A stretch of DNA of 32,000 nt from Hyperthermus butylicus DSM 5456 (GCF_000015145.1 NC_008818.1:1260001-1292000), one strand, 5' to 3'. Shown: positions 17,670 to 27,330, counted from the first letter of the stretch. Numbers and translations are program-made. The notes: generated from the sequence alone by a model not told the origin.

Positions 17670-20600
17670 TTGGCTAAGCGTAAGCGGCGTGGCAGTGCTG
17701 GTATCGATTTGCTGACGTTTCTCCGGAGTGGTGGTGCGGGTGCAAGAACAGCGAGTAATAGTGGTGTGCAAGTTTCGTCTCCTGGTGCAGGTAGAGCCGG
17801 AGTGGATGACGGGAGGGATAGTAGAGGAGGGATGTTAGAGTCTGCTGGTTCTGTTGTGCAGCGATATTTTGATGAAAGTCTGCGCGAGCTACTTACAGAA
17901 ATACGTTCTAGTAGGAATGAGGCTAATAGAGCTGGCGAGGGAGCGAGAAGCGAGAAACGTCTATCCACAAGTGTAAGTGATAACATAGCTGATGTGAGTA
18001 ATAATGTTGTATCTGGCAGTGTTTCAGCTGCAGTAGAGGCTGCAGAGCGGGATCTCATTCGAAAGCCTCTGTCGGGTCAAGCTGTAGCTAACGTTGAAAG
18101 CTTGATTCATGCCTCCAAGGTTCTGGAGAAGTTGTCTATCCTTCCCCTTGTGAATGAGCCTATGGAAGCGCGGGAAGGGTTTGAGGGATTTCTTCTGCAG
18201 ACATACTATGATGGTGATAGGGGTGTTGTTGCAGTAAAGCTATATGATGACCGTTCTGGTAGAATAGGGGTCTACTTCGACACTACAGGGTATAAGCCGT
18301 ACTTTCTGACCGATATACCACCTGATAAGCTTCAAGAGATTCCGCAAGTTGTTAAGCATAAAGGATTTGATCATGTTGAAGTTGTCGAGAAGTTTGACTT
18401 GTTAAGGTGGCAGAAGAAGCGTGTAACCAAGATAGTCGTTAAGACGCCGGATGTAGTTAAGCAGCTTAGGGACAAGGTTCCTAGGGCATGGGAGGCTAAC
18501 ATTAAGTTCCACCATAACTACATCTACGACTTTGGGCTTACACCAGGTCTCCGCTACCGGGTTTCAAGTGGAAGGCTCGAGTTGGTTGGAGGTGATGTTT
18601 CGGAGGAAGCAGAACAGTTCATCCGCAAGGTATTTAGTGGCGAGGATGAATCTATAGTGGAGACAGCTATTCGCTGGTTCCCACTATTCGAGCAGCCTCC
18701 GCCTAAACCTAGGCGTCTTGCTGTGGACATAGAGGTCTATACCCCATTTAAGGGTCGTGTACCAGATGCGTCAGCTGCAAGCTACCCTATTATCAGTGTT
18801 GCATTTGCGTCGGATGACGGCTTGAGAGTAGTGTTTATCCTTGCTAGGCCAGGTGTTGTCGGTGGTGAACCGAGGGAAGGTGTCAAGGAAGGTGTTCACA
18901 TAGAGATATTCGACGACGAACGCGCACTCATACTTGAAACCTTTAGGCTTATAGCTAACTACCCCATAGTGCTAACGTTTAACGGTGATAACTTCGACTT
19001 TCCATATCTATACAACCGTGCCCTAAAGCTTGGAATTCCTAAGGATGTTATACCGTTTAAGCCCACACGGAGCTATATGAGTTTAAAGTATGGAATTCAC
19101 ATAGACCTATACCAGTTCTTCAGCATAAAAGCTATACAGAGCTATGCATTTGGTAATGCATACAAGGAGTTTACCCTCGATGCTATAGCTTCAGCGCTAC
19201 TAGGCGAACACAAGGTGGAAATAGAGTCTACTGTGAGTGACCTCTCGCTCCTCGAACTCGTAAGGTATAATATTCGTGACGCTGAGCTAACACTAAAACT
19301 CACTAGCTTTAATCGTGACCTGGTATGGAAGCTTATCGTGCTGCTAGCACGTATATCTAGGCTGCCCATAGAGGATGTTACGAGAAGCCAAGTTTCAGCG
19401 TGGATTAAGAGCCTTCTCTACTGGGAGCATAGGCGTAGAGGCTACTTGATACCGTCAAGGGATGAAATAATCAAGTTGAAGGGCGAGGTCAAGTCTGAGG
19501 CTCTAATCAAGGGCAAGAAGTATCAAGGCGCAATAGTTCTTGATCCGCCCAGCGGCGTATTCTTCCGTGTAGTTGTACTAGACTTCGCAAGTCTATATCC
19601 AAGCATTATCAAGAAATGGAACCTTAGCTACGAGACTGTAAATCCGGTGTACTGTCCTGGCTCAAAGATAGTAGAGGTCCCAGACGTCGGGCACAAGGTA
19701 TGTATGAGTAATCCGGGGCTTACCGCGCAAATTGTTGGTTTGTTGAGAGATTACAGGGTTAAGATCTACAAGAAGAAGGCGAAGGATAAGAGTCTGCCCG
19801 AGGATGTGAGGGCTTGGTATGATACTGTACAAGCTGCAATGAAGGTATACATTAACGCTAGCTATGGCGTATTTGGTGCTTCATCATTCCCGCTCTATGC
19901 GCCGCCTGTTGCAGAGAGTGTAACAGCGATAGGTAGGTATACGATTAAGGAGACAGTTAAGAAGGCTGCCGAGCTAGGCCTTAGGGTCCTCTACGGCGAT
20001 ACTGACTCTTTGTTTATCTGGAACCCGGATGAGGAGAAACTTGAAGAGCTGCAAAAGTATGTCGAGGAAAACTTTGGCCTCGACCTTGAGGTAGACAAGG
20101 TATACAAGTTCGTAACCTTTAGCGGGCTTAAGAAGAACTATATTGGCGCATACGAGGATGGTAGCGTCGATGTTAAGGGCATGGTTGCTAAGAAGCGTAA
20201 TACACCAGAGTTTCTCAAGAAAGAGTTTAGCGAGATTCTAAACCTATTAGGTAGCGTCAACAGTCCAGAGGAGTTCGTAAAGGTTAGAAACCACATTCGT
20301 GAGAAACTGCGCACGGTCTATACTGGCCTCAGAGAACTCGACTACAATTTGGACGAGCTGGCAATAAGGATGGCTCTCAACAAGCCATTGGACGCATATA
20401 CTAAGAATACGCCACAGCACGTGAAGGCGGCGAGACAGCTAGCACGTATGGGTGTCCAGGTTCTACCTGGTGATGTCATCTCGTTTGTAAAGGTTAAGGG
20501 CAAGGAGGGTGTTAAGCCCGTACAGCTTGCAAGGCTTGCAGAGGTCGATGTCGACAAATATGTCGAGACTATGAAATCTGTATTTGAGCAGTTCCTCGCA

Positions 20601-20672
20601 GCAATAAATATGAGTTGGGATGAGGTTATAGGATCCTCAAGGCTAGAACTGTTCCTGCGTAAGAATAGCTAG
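17670..20672 (+). CDS. Family B DNA polymerase with long N-terminal extension
   Basis: Exo I LAVDIEVYT, Exo II TFNGDNFDFPYLYNRA, Exo III YNIRDAELTLKL, Pol DFASLYPSIIKKWN, KVYINASYGVFG, YGDTDSLF, KKRNTPEFLKKEF. Confidence 0.96.
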   Translation: MAKRKRRGSAGIDLLTFLRSGGAGARTASNSGVQVSSPGAGRAGVDDGRDSRGGMLESAGSVVQRYFDESLRELLTEIRSSRNEANRAGEGARSEKRLSTSVSDNIADVSNNVVSGSVSAAVEAAERDLIRKPLSGQAVANVESLIHASKVLEKLSILPLVNEPMEAREGFEGFLLQTYYDGDRGVVAVKLYDDRSGRIGVYFDTTGYKPYFLTDIPPDKLQEIPQVVKHKGFDHVEVVEKFDLLRWQKKRVTKIVVKTPDVVKQLRDKVPRAWEANIKFHHNYIYDFGLTPGLRYRVSSGRLELVGGDVSEEAEQFIRKVFSGEDESIVETAIRWFPLFEQPPPKPRRLAVDIEVYTPFKGRVPDASAASYPIISVAFASDDGLRVVFILARPGVVGGEPREGVKEGVHIEIFDDERALILETFRLIANYPIVLTFNGDNFDFPYLYNRALKLGIPKDVIPFKPTRSYMSLKYGIHIDLYQFFSIKAIQSYAFGNAYKEFTLDAIASALLGEHKVEIESTVSDLSLLELVRYNIRDAELTLKLTSFNRDLVWKLIVLLARISRLPIEDVTRSQVSAWIKSLLYWEHRRRGYLIPSRDEIIKLKGEVKSEALIKGKKYQGAIVLDPPSGVFFRVVVLDFASLYPSIIKKWNLSYETVNPVYCPGSKIVEVPDVGHKVCMSNPGLTAQIVGLLRDYRVKIYKKKAKDKSLPEDVRAWYDTVQAAMKVYINASYGVFGASSFPLYAPPVAESVTAIGRYTIKETVKKAAELGLRVLYGDTDSLFIWNPDEEKLEELQKYVEENFGLDLEVDKVYKFVTFSGLKKNYIGAYEDGSVDVKGMVAKKRNTPEFLKKEFSEILNLLGSVNSPEEFVKVRNHIREKLRTVYTGLRELDYNLDELAIRMALNKPLDAYTKNTPQHVKAARQLARMGVQVLPGDVISFVKVKGKEGVKPVQLARLAEVDVDKYVETMKSVFEQFLAAINMSWDEVIGSSRLELFLRKNS

Positions 20673-21220
20673 CTCTTTTTCCTCCTGCTTCGCTTTCGTC
20701 GAGTTTTCTTTGTTGTTTCCTCTTCCTCAACCTCGGCTAGCCCTTCTTCAAGGCGTCGAAGCTCTTCCTCGCTCAGCGTGAGCTGCTCGGCTCCCGTGAG
20801 GGCCTCCACGCTCTTTGGCGCTTTTGTCGCTTCTGCAGCATACTCTTCTAGTTGCTTCTTAGCGTTGTCATCCAGGTATAGTGCTATGACGTATATCTTC
20901 TTGTCAAGATATGTTGTCTCGTCTATCCATCTGTTGTCAAAGCTTACAACAAGTACTGGCAGGTTTACTATGACATCATTCCCCTCCAGGCTATACTTCA
21001 AGCTTAGTTCAAGAATTTTATCTGCAATTTCTGGTGGTAGAGGTTTTGGATATCGAAGTTCGAGTTTTGTTCTTAGTGCTGTTAGATCGCTCTCCTCGGG
21101 ATTCCATTCTGTAAGGGCCCTAGCAGTTACGTCTTTTGCTATTTTTGCAAAATCTCCATCAAGTATGTCCGAGCTTACTATCTTTCCTTCCTCAGCCCTT
21201 ATGACTAGTACTTTGCCCAT
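20669..21220 (-). CDS. Conserved-looking hypothetical protein with basic C-terminal tail
   Basis: 183-aa ORF, globular N-terminal region, then acidic stretch and TTKKTRRKRSRRKKS; overlaps the end of the polymerase gene by 4 bp. Confidence 0.7.
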   Translation of the reverse strand: MGKVLVIRAEEGKIVSSDILDGDFAKIAKDVTARALTEWNPEESDLTALRTKLELRYPKPLPPEIADKILELSLKYSLEGNDVIVNLPVLVVSFDNRWIDETTYLDKKIYVIALYLDDNAKKQLEEYAAEATKAPKSVEALTGAEQLTLSEEELRRLEEGLAEVEEEETTKKTRRKRSRRKKS

Positions 21221-21265
21221 ATTCTGCTCCCTCTGGCCGCTCTAGGGTTAAGCCCGGTTTAAGTT

Positions 21266-21787
21266 TTACATTGAGCCGTGGTTTCGCGCTCTAAGTATCG
21301 TGTTAGATGTTTCGGACCAGCCAATTATGTATAGGTAGATGTTGTGTGATACTCTGCCATCATTTATTGTTGCGTATACGAGAGGTCTCCATTTCGTTAT
21401 TCTAAACTCGTGAGAGACTATCCTTGTTCCATACTTAAGCTCGCTTGTCAGCTTTGTTGCTAATGCATCATTTACACTTGTTAAGAGGAATAGTGTTACA
21501 ATGGTTGCATCTGTTAGTTTGACCCTGAACATGTCCTCATTCACAACGATTACCTTGTCGCTAACACCTTGTTTACGCGCGTTTTCGGCAGCTTGCCTTG
21601 CCAGGTCACTTCGTATTTCTACACAGTACGCACGTTTAACACCAAAATCTCTCGCAGCTATAATGGGTATCCTGCCGTCTCCACACCCGAGGTCATATAG
21701 TACGTCGTCGCTGGATGCGCCGGCAAGCTCAAGCATCTTATAGACAACGGGTATTGGTGTTGGGACATATGGTACTAGAATAGTCAT
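21266..21787 (-). CDS. aKMT-like SAM-dependent (protein-lysine) methyltransferase
   Basis: PYVPTPIPVVYKMLELAGASSDDVLYDLGCGDGRIPIIAARDFGVKRAYCVEI ... FLLTSVNDALATKLTSELKYGTRIVSHEFRITKW closely resembles the archaeal aKMT family as I know it. Confidence 0.8.
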   Translation of the reverse strand: MTILVPYVPTPIPVVYKMLELAGASSDDVLYDLGCGDGRIPIIAARDFGVKRAYCVEIRSDLARQAAENARKQGVSDKVIVVNEDMFRVKLTDATIVTLFLLTSVNDALATKLTSELKYGTRIVSHEFRITKWRPLVYATINDGRVSHNIYLYIIGWSETSNTILRARNHGSM

Positions 21788-21802
21788 GTTCCACCTCGAA
21801 GC

Positions 21803-22141
21803 TTACGATTCAACGTTTAAGCCCAACTCAGCTAGCTTTCTAAGTACTTGTCTTTCAGCTTCATCGATGTCGGGTTGTAGACTCTTATTGAGAGGTAGGC
21901 GTGATATTAGGAGTTTTACGGAGCCATCATTTAGCTCAACAAGTAGTTGTGGGAGCCACGCCATACCATACTCGTCTGTGTCGCCGTGCTCTATTAGGTA
22001 GACGTAGTCCTCTATCTTTATCTCCTTTTTCAGCCTTGTCTTCTCTACCAGGCGCTCTAGGAGATCCAGCCAGAGCTTATGCTGCGGGTGGTGTTCTGCT
22101 GTTACTAGGACAAGCTTCACTGGTTTGGGCAAATGTTTCAC
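21803..22141 (-). CDS. Small hypothetical protein
   Basis: 112-aa ORF in a minus-strand cluster; overlaps the upstream HTH ORF. Confidence 0.55.
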   Translation of the reverse strand: MKHLPKPVKLVLVTAEHHPQHKLWLDLLERLVEKTRLKKEIKIEDYVYLIEHGDTDEYGMAWLPQLLVELNDGSVKLLISRLPLNKSLQPDIDEAERQVLRKLAELGLNVES

Positions 22142-22355
22142 CAGCTAGCGCTCTTGCAACGTCTAGCTTATATGTTCTTCTGCTCCAGCGTGACACTAGA
22201 CCCTTACGCTCCATTTCCGCTAGGATTCTTCCTGCAGTCCTGGTGGTAATGCCTAGTATTCGTGCGAGCTGGTATACGCTTATGTATGTGTAACCGCTGT
22301 AAACGAGTGTCGCTGCAAGCTTTTCTATGTCGAGTTTAACGCGAAGCGTAGACAT
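22077..22355 (-). CDS. Small HTH domain protein
   Basis: TYISVYQLARILGITTRTAGRILAEMERKGLVSRWSRRTYKL. Confidence 0.7.
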   Translation of the reverse strand: MSTLRVKLDIEKLAATLVYSGYTYISVYQLARILGITTRTAGRILAEMERKGLVSRWSRRTYKLDVARALAGETFAQTSEACPSNSRTPPAA

Positions 22356-22514
22356 CTATACCCCATAAGCTATGCGTAAGTAAGGCATTAGCCTAGAGTA
22401 GGGGCTAGCTGAAAGTAAGCATTACACCCGGTCTCCCAGTATAAGTCTGGGCATCACTACACTATAAGGGGGTTCACTAGTCTGATATTCTCCTCTCGGG
22501 TACCTTAGCTAATA

Positions 22515-24098
22515 GTGTATGGGGGCTGTAGAAACGCCGTGTATAGGTTAGAGCCCATCCCAGCCTATGTACCGGATACGAGTGTCGTCATAGAGGGACT
22601 AGTCTCCAGGCTTGTAAAGGAAGGGAGGATTAGGGGTAAAATACTGATCCATCGCGCTGTCATATCTGAACTCGAGAACCAGGCTAACCAGGGTAAGGCT
22701 ACGGGGTTTTCTGGGCTGGAGGAGCTTAAGAGGCTACGGGAGCTGGCAGAGGAAGGACTAATAGATATTGAAATTGTTGGCCAGAGACCGTCACCGAGTG
22801 ATATTAGGTATGCGCATCTAGGAGCTATTGACGCGCTCATAAGGGACTATGCGTACGAGAATGGTGCGACGCTCATAACGGCCGATAGGGTACAAGCGTT
22901 GGTTGCAGAGGCAACTGGCGTAAGTGTGATATACATACCGCCACGCCGTGAGGAGAAGCTGAAAATAGAATCAATGTTTGATGAGACAACAATGAGCATA
23001 CATCTCAAGGAGGGTGTCCCGCCTCGAGCGAAGAAGGGTACACCCGGGGAGTGGCTGCTAGTAGACCTTGACTCAAAGCCTCTAAATAGAGAGGAGGTAG
23101 AGTCTATAGCTAAGGAGATTATCGAAGTTGCAAAGAGAAGACCCGACGGGTTCATAGAAATAGACCGTAGAGGCTCAACAATAATCCAGCTTGGCAAATA
23201 TAGGATCGTGATTACAAGGCCGCCTTTAAGCGAGGGCTGGGAAATAACTGTTGTGAGGCCAGTCAAGAAACTTAGACTTGAAGACTACAAGCTGCCAAGC
23301 AAACTAATGCGTAGACTTGAGGAGCGTGCAGAAGGTATACTCATTGCGGGAGCGCCAGGCATGGGTAAGACTACGTTTGCACAAGCACTGGCAGAGTACT
23401 ATGCTTCCAAAGGAAAGATAGTGAAGACCATAGAGTCGCCGCGCGATATGGTGCTTCCTCCCACGATAACACAGTATTCTAAAACTTATGCGGATGTGGG
23501 CGAACTACATGATATACTACTGTTGAGTAGGCCCGACTACACAGTATTCGACGAGCTTAGAACCGATGAGGACTTCAAGCTGTATATTGATCTAAGGCTT
23601 GCAGGTATAGGTATGATAGGCGTTGTACACGCTACATCACCCATAGACGCTATACAGAGGTTCATAAGGAGAGTAGACATAGGCATGTTGCCAAGCATAA
23701 TAGATACGGTTATATTCATACATCGGGGACGTGTAGAGAAAGTCTATGGCCTTCGCATGACAGTAAAGCTGCCAACGGGCCTTCGGGAGGCAGATCTCGC
23801 CCGCCCTGTAGTAGAGGTGAGAGACGTACTAACAGACGAACTGGAATACGAGATATACACCTTTGGAGAACAGACCGTAGTAGTTCCTGTAAAACAAGTC
23901 GCTACTCTAGGTTATGAGGAAAAGCTGAAGAGGATAATCGAGAGACTAATACCGGGCGCTGAAGTCGAGATAAGAGACAATATGGTCATATTGAATGTGC
24001 CACGCATAGCGGCGAAAACCCTCATGAAGAAGATGAAGAGGCTAAAGAAGCTAGAAGACAAGTACGGCATTACGATTAGGGTGAACATGGTTGGGTAG
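22515..24098 (+). CDS. PIN domain - VirB11/PilT-like ATPase - KH-like protein
   Basis: N-terminal PIN YVPDTSVVIEGLVSRL...GAIDALIRDYAYENGATLITADR; Walker A LIAGAPGMGKTTFAQALAEYY; KH-like C-terminus GAEVEIRDNMVILNVPRIAAKTLMKKMKRLKKLEDKYGITIRV. Confidence 0.88.
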   Translation: MYGGCRNAVYRLEPIPAYVPDTSVVIEGLVSRLVKEGRIRGKILIHRAVISELENQANQGKATGFSGLEELKRLRELAEEGLIDIEIVGQRPSPSDIRYAHLGAIDALIRDYAYENGATLITADRVQALVAEATGVSVIYIPPRREEKLKIESMFDETTMSIHLKEGVPPRAKKGTPGEWLLVDLDSKPLNREEVESIAKEIIEVAKRRPDGFIEIDRRGSTIIQLGKYRIVITRPPLSEGWEITVVRPVKKLRLEDYKLPSKLMRRLEERAEGILIAGAPGMGKTTFAQALAEYYASKGKIVKTIESPRDMVLPPTITQYSKTYADVGELHDILLLSRPDYTVFDELRTDEDFKLYIDLRLAGIGMIGVVHATSPIDAIQRFIRRVDIGMLPSIIDTVIFIHRGRVEKVYGLRMTVKLPTGLREADLARPVVEVRDVLTDELEYEIYTFGEQTVVVPVKQVATLGYEEKLKRIIERLIPGAEVEIRDNMVILNVPRIAAKTLMKKMKRLKKLEDKYGITIRVNMVG

Positions 24099-24537
24099 AG
24101 CACAGATACGTAGCAAGGGATTCAACGCTGAAAGAGAACTCGCTCGCAAGCTATGGAGTAGGGGGTTTGCCGTAGTAAGAGCACCAGCAAGTGGCTCTAA
24201 GGCAAAGCATGTCTTCTATCCTGATCTAGTAGCTATGTATCGCGGAAAAATATTCGTCTTCGAGGTAAAGTATCGTACAACAAGCGAGACAATATACATA
24301 GAGAAGGAGAAGATATTGAAACTCGTTGACTTTGCTGAGCGTGCTGGAGGAAAAGCATACATAGCAATAAAGCTACTGGGCAAGGGTTGGCTAGTGGTCC
24401 CTGTTGATAACCTTGCAGAGACAGCGGGTGGAAGATACAAGATAGACCTAAATAGCATGAAGGTACTAACATTAGATGAATTCGTTAACAGGATTCAGAA
24501 CGAGAGTCTAACAAGATACGTGGCACGCCATGTGTAG
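24091..24537 (+). CDS. hjc: Hjc-type archaeal Holliday junction resolvase
   Basis: KGFNAERELARKLWSRGFAVVRAPASGSKAKHVFYPDLVAMYRGKIFVFEVKYR, the Hjc nuclease signature. Confidence 0.88.
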   Translation: MGRAQIRSKGFNAERELARKLWSRGFAVVRAPASGSKAKHVFYPDLVAMYRGKIFVFEVKYRTTSETIYIEKEKILKLVDFAERAGGKAYIAIKLLGKGWLVVPVDNLAETAGGRYKIDLNSMKVLTLDEFVNRIQNESLTRYVARHV

Positions 24538-24559
24538 TAGATTCTAGCATGTTGATGTA

Positions 24560-24618
24560 TCAGTTGGGTAAGTTTTCGTCACCCACTAGGAATTGTCGGC
24601 CCGGGAGTAACTCATCAC
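24560..24618 (-). ncRNA. C/D-box sRNA (double guide), candidate
   Basis: Minus strand: C GTGATGA (24612-24618), guide GTTACTCCCGGG, D'-like CCGA (24596-24599), 13 nt, C' GTGACGA (24576-24582), guide AAACTTACCCAA, D CTGA (24560-24563). Both guides are exactly 12 nt; TATA-like TTAAAATTAA about 26 bp upstream. Confidence 0.75.
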
Positions 24619-24628
24619 GAGCAATATA

Positions 24629-25630
24629 CTAACGTGGCTTAATTTTAAGATCTTTAAATTCTAGCTTGCCACGGCTACTCCATATGACCCTAATTGTATT
24701 AATGGTTCCGGGTCTTATTTTAACAGTCAAGCTCTTACTTGTTCCCGGTTTTAGATCACCTACAACCTGGCGGCTTAGCACAGAGCCTAGTGCCATGCTT
24801 AGAGCTATAACTTTCTCAGCTACACCATTGCCTTCGTTGACTATAGTAATCTTAGCCTCATCACCTTCTATGAACTCTAGCTCGATCTTAACCGTGGGAG
24901 TCGGCGCCTCAACCTCGTACACAAGTATGGATGATACTAGCAGTGTACTCTGTACATTCGTAGCCTCTAAAGCTAACTCTGTAATATCGCCCAGTGTGTG
25001 CTGGTACTCAACCATGCCAACAGCCTTGCCTAGCTCTATGATTTTACCTCCAGCCCTAGCAACGATAAGCGCTTCGGGTGAAGGCATACTAACTATTATG
25101 TGGATTCTAGCATTGCTAAACCTAAATGGCATCTTTACTGAGAAGACTTCTCCATTGCTTAAAGCTAGAGCGCCACTGAGATAGTAGTATCTTGCCTTTA
25201 CGTCGGCATCCTCGGCTACTGCAAAGAGTCCTATATGGTCTAGACGTATTTCTCTTACACCAGCATATCGTATCGATACCGACAACGGGTTCGAAGGCCT
25301 AGAATCAACTATCGGCTTAACATTGTATACAAGTTTGCAATACGCAGCTCCTCCATTAATATACGTGCATATGCTTGGCTTAAACTCTCTCGTCACGACA
25401 ACGTTATTAAACGATATCTTCCACCTGAATGGTTCCAGGCTCCATGTGGTTACTCCAACCTCTAGCAGTACATCAGTGGTCCTCTCCGGAGGGAAGGGTA
25501 ACAGAAAGTTGACATCATAGCTTGTTGGGTGAGTATCACCACCAAGCAACATTTGTGGTAGGTTACTCTCATAGAAGACGTCTTTACTACCTTCACCCGC
25601 AAGATAGAGTTGTAGCTCGCCCTTAGCCAA
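24629..25630 (-). CDS. Hypothetical protein, predicted beta-rich with possible C-terminal CARDB/Ig-like domain
   Basis: 333-aa ORF; C-terminus VKIELEFIEGDEAKITIVNEGNGVAEKVIALSMALG...GDLKPGTSKSLTVKI; no signal peptide or TM segment seen. Confidence 0.75.
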   Translation of the reverse strand: MAKGELQLYLAGEGSKDVFYESNLPQMLLGGDTHPTSYDVNFLLPFPPERTTDVLLEVGVTTWSLEPFRWKISFNNVVVTREFKPSICTYINGGAAYCKLVYNVKPIVDSRPSNPLSVSIRYAGVREIRLDHIGLFAVAEDADVKARYYYLSGALALSNGEVFSVKMPFRFSNARIHIIVSMPSPEALIVARAGGKIIELGKAVGMVEYQHTLGDITELALEATNVQSTLLVSSILVYEVEAPTPTVKIELEFIEGDEAKITIVNEGNGVAEKVIALSMALGSVLSRQVVGDLKPGTSKSLTVKIRPGTINTIRVIWSSRGKLEFKDLKIKPR

Positions 25631-25707
25631 GGCTTCCCCTTCCTCTCCGCAACACTGGCTATACTAGCCCAGCTATAGGGTTTAATGCGTAGAAAACACA
25701 AATCCAC

Positions 25708-27330
25708 CTAAGTCATGGATGCAAGTACTTCCTCGGCAATCTTCTTTAAAATAGCTTGTTCTGCAGTACCACGCACAGCAATATAATATAGTTTCGATAC
25801 CTTACCTGGCTGGGGCCTTAGTAGCCTACCAAGCCTCTGTATAAATTGTCTCCTAGAAGAAGTACCGGAAAGTATCAGCCCTACATTTGCATCAGGGACA
25901 TCGATACCCTCATCGCCAACTGTGGTTAAAACTAATACCCTATACCTGCCACGCTTAAAGAGTTCAAAAGCTAGTGCTCTCCTAGCTTTGTCAGTCTTAC
26001 TAGTTATGACCGGTGCGCCTAGAATTTTGCCAACACGCTCAGCTTGCTCGATATACTGTGTAAAGACAAGTATCTTTGAGCCCTTAGCAAGCTCGCTATC
26101 TACAATCCTCTTTGCTTCAGCAAGCTTAGCTCTAGATAGTGCAACAAGTAGACGCATTTGACTAAGAAGTTGTAGGGCTTTTTTAGCCCTTTCATCGCCT
26201 GCAGATGCTGCTTTAACGAGTTCTTCGACCTTGCGGCCAGCCGAGAGTACCTTATACTCGTTCTTTAACTTCTCATACTTCTTCTTCTCGTCAGGCTCGA
26301 GGTTAACCAGCACCGGTATAACTTGGAATGATGCTACAAAACCCCTTTCTGCTAGCTCCTGCAAGCTCTTTTCATAGATTACCCCGCCTACAAGTCTAAA
26401 CAGTTCCTCGTGTCTCCCATCCTCACGGTAGGGTGTAGCAGATAATGCGAGACGGTACGGTGCAAGGATTTTTTCTGCTATAAGCTTAAACTTGTCGGCT
26501 GGTAGGTGGTGAGCCTCATCAACAACCAGAAGGCCAAACCTGTTATAGAGTAGGCCTATATGCTGGTAGGCGGACTGGTATGTCGTAACGGTTATTGCTG
26601 CAAGTCTCTTCTCGTCAGAATAGTATGCGCCAACCATCCCTAGTGGCAAAGCTAGAAACTTCCTAATCTTTTCCAGCCACTCACGAACCTGCTCCTTGGT
26701 ATAAACGACGATAAGTGTTGGAAGCTTCAACCTGGCAATTGCAGCTAACGCAACAATAGTCTTACCAGCACCTGTAGGTAACGCTATAACGCCACGATAG
26801 CTATTCTCAACCCAAGCTTCTAAAGCCTCAGCTTGATATTCTCTTAGTTTACCAACAAATTCTATTCTCAGTCTCTCCCTCGGTTCAAGAATCCCTGTTT
26901 TATCTTCAATTCTGAAGCCCTCGCTGCGAAGCCTATTGACAACATCGACAAGCCTATATGGCTTTACAACAAAGCCCTTATGCTTCCGCGAGTACCAGAC
27001 ACTACCATCAGACCTATACTCATGTAGAAAATCGGCAAGCATTCTCCGTGATCTAAGCACCACTATGCCTGGCTCAATAGCCTCGATGATGACGGTGTTA
27101 ATGTTTTTCTTAAATTCTTCTAGGATATTACGATCCCTATCTTCGAATACTGCTCCGAAGGAATCAAGGCTATTGAGGAAGTCGAGTAATTTATCGAGAT
27201 CAAGCCTTCCGGTAAGACTTAGCTCGAATATGCTACAGCCTCCGTTTCTACCAACATAATCTGCAAAGGAAACTATCTCGAGAAACTCTTCGCGGCTGAG
27301 CCACTTGCAGATCCGAAATCTTACCTTCAT
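25708..27330 (-). CDS. XPB/Rad25-like superfamily 2 helicase
   Basis: Walker A GVIALPTGAGKTIVALAAIARL, DEAH LLVVDEAHHLPADKF, SATPYREDGR, VGDEGIDVPDANV, RQFIQRLGRLLRP. Confidence 0.93.
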   Translation of the reverse strand: MKVRFRICKWLSREEFLEIVSFADYVGRNGGCSIFELSLTGRLDLDKLLDFLNSLDSFGAVFEDRDRNILEEFKKNINTVIIEAIEPGIVVLRSRRMLADFLHEYRSDGSVWYSRKHKGFVVKPYRLVDVVNRLRSEGFRIEDKTGILEPRERLRIEFVGKLREYQAEALEAWVENSYRGVIALPTGAGKTIVALAAIARLKLPTLIVVYTKEQVREWLEKIRKFLALPLGMVGAYYSDEKRLAAITVTTYQSAYQHIGLLYNRFGLLVVDEAHHLPADKFKLIAEKILAPYRLALSATPYREDGRHEELFRLVGGVIYEKSLQELAERGFVASFQVIPVLVNLEPDEKKKYEKLKNEYKVLSAGRKVEELVKAASAGDERAKKALQLLSQMRLLVALSRAKLAEAKRIVDSELAKGSKILVFTQYIEQAERVGKILGAPVITSKTDKARRALAFELFKRGRYRVLVLTTVGDEGIDVPDANVGLILSGTSSRRQFIQRLGRLLRPQPGKVSKLYYIAVRGTAEQAILKKIAEEVLASMT

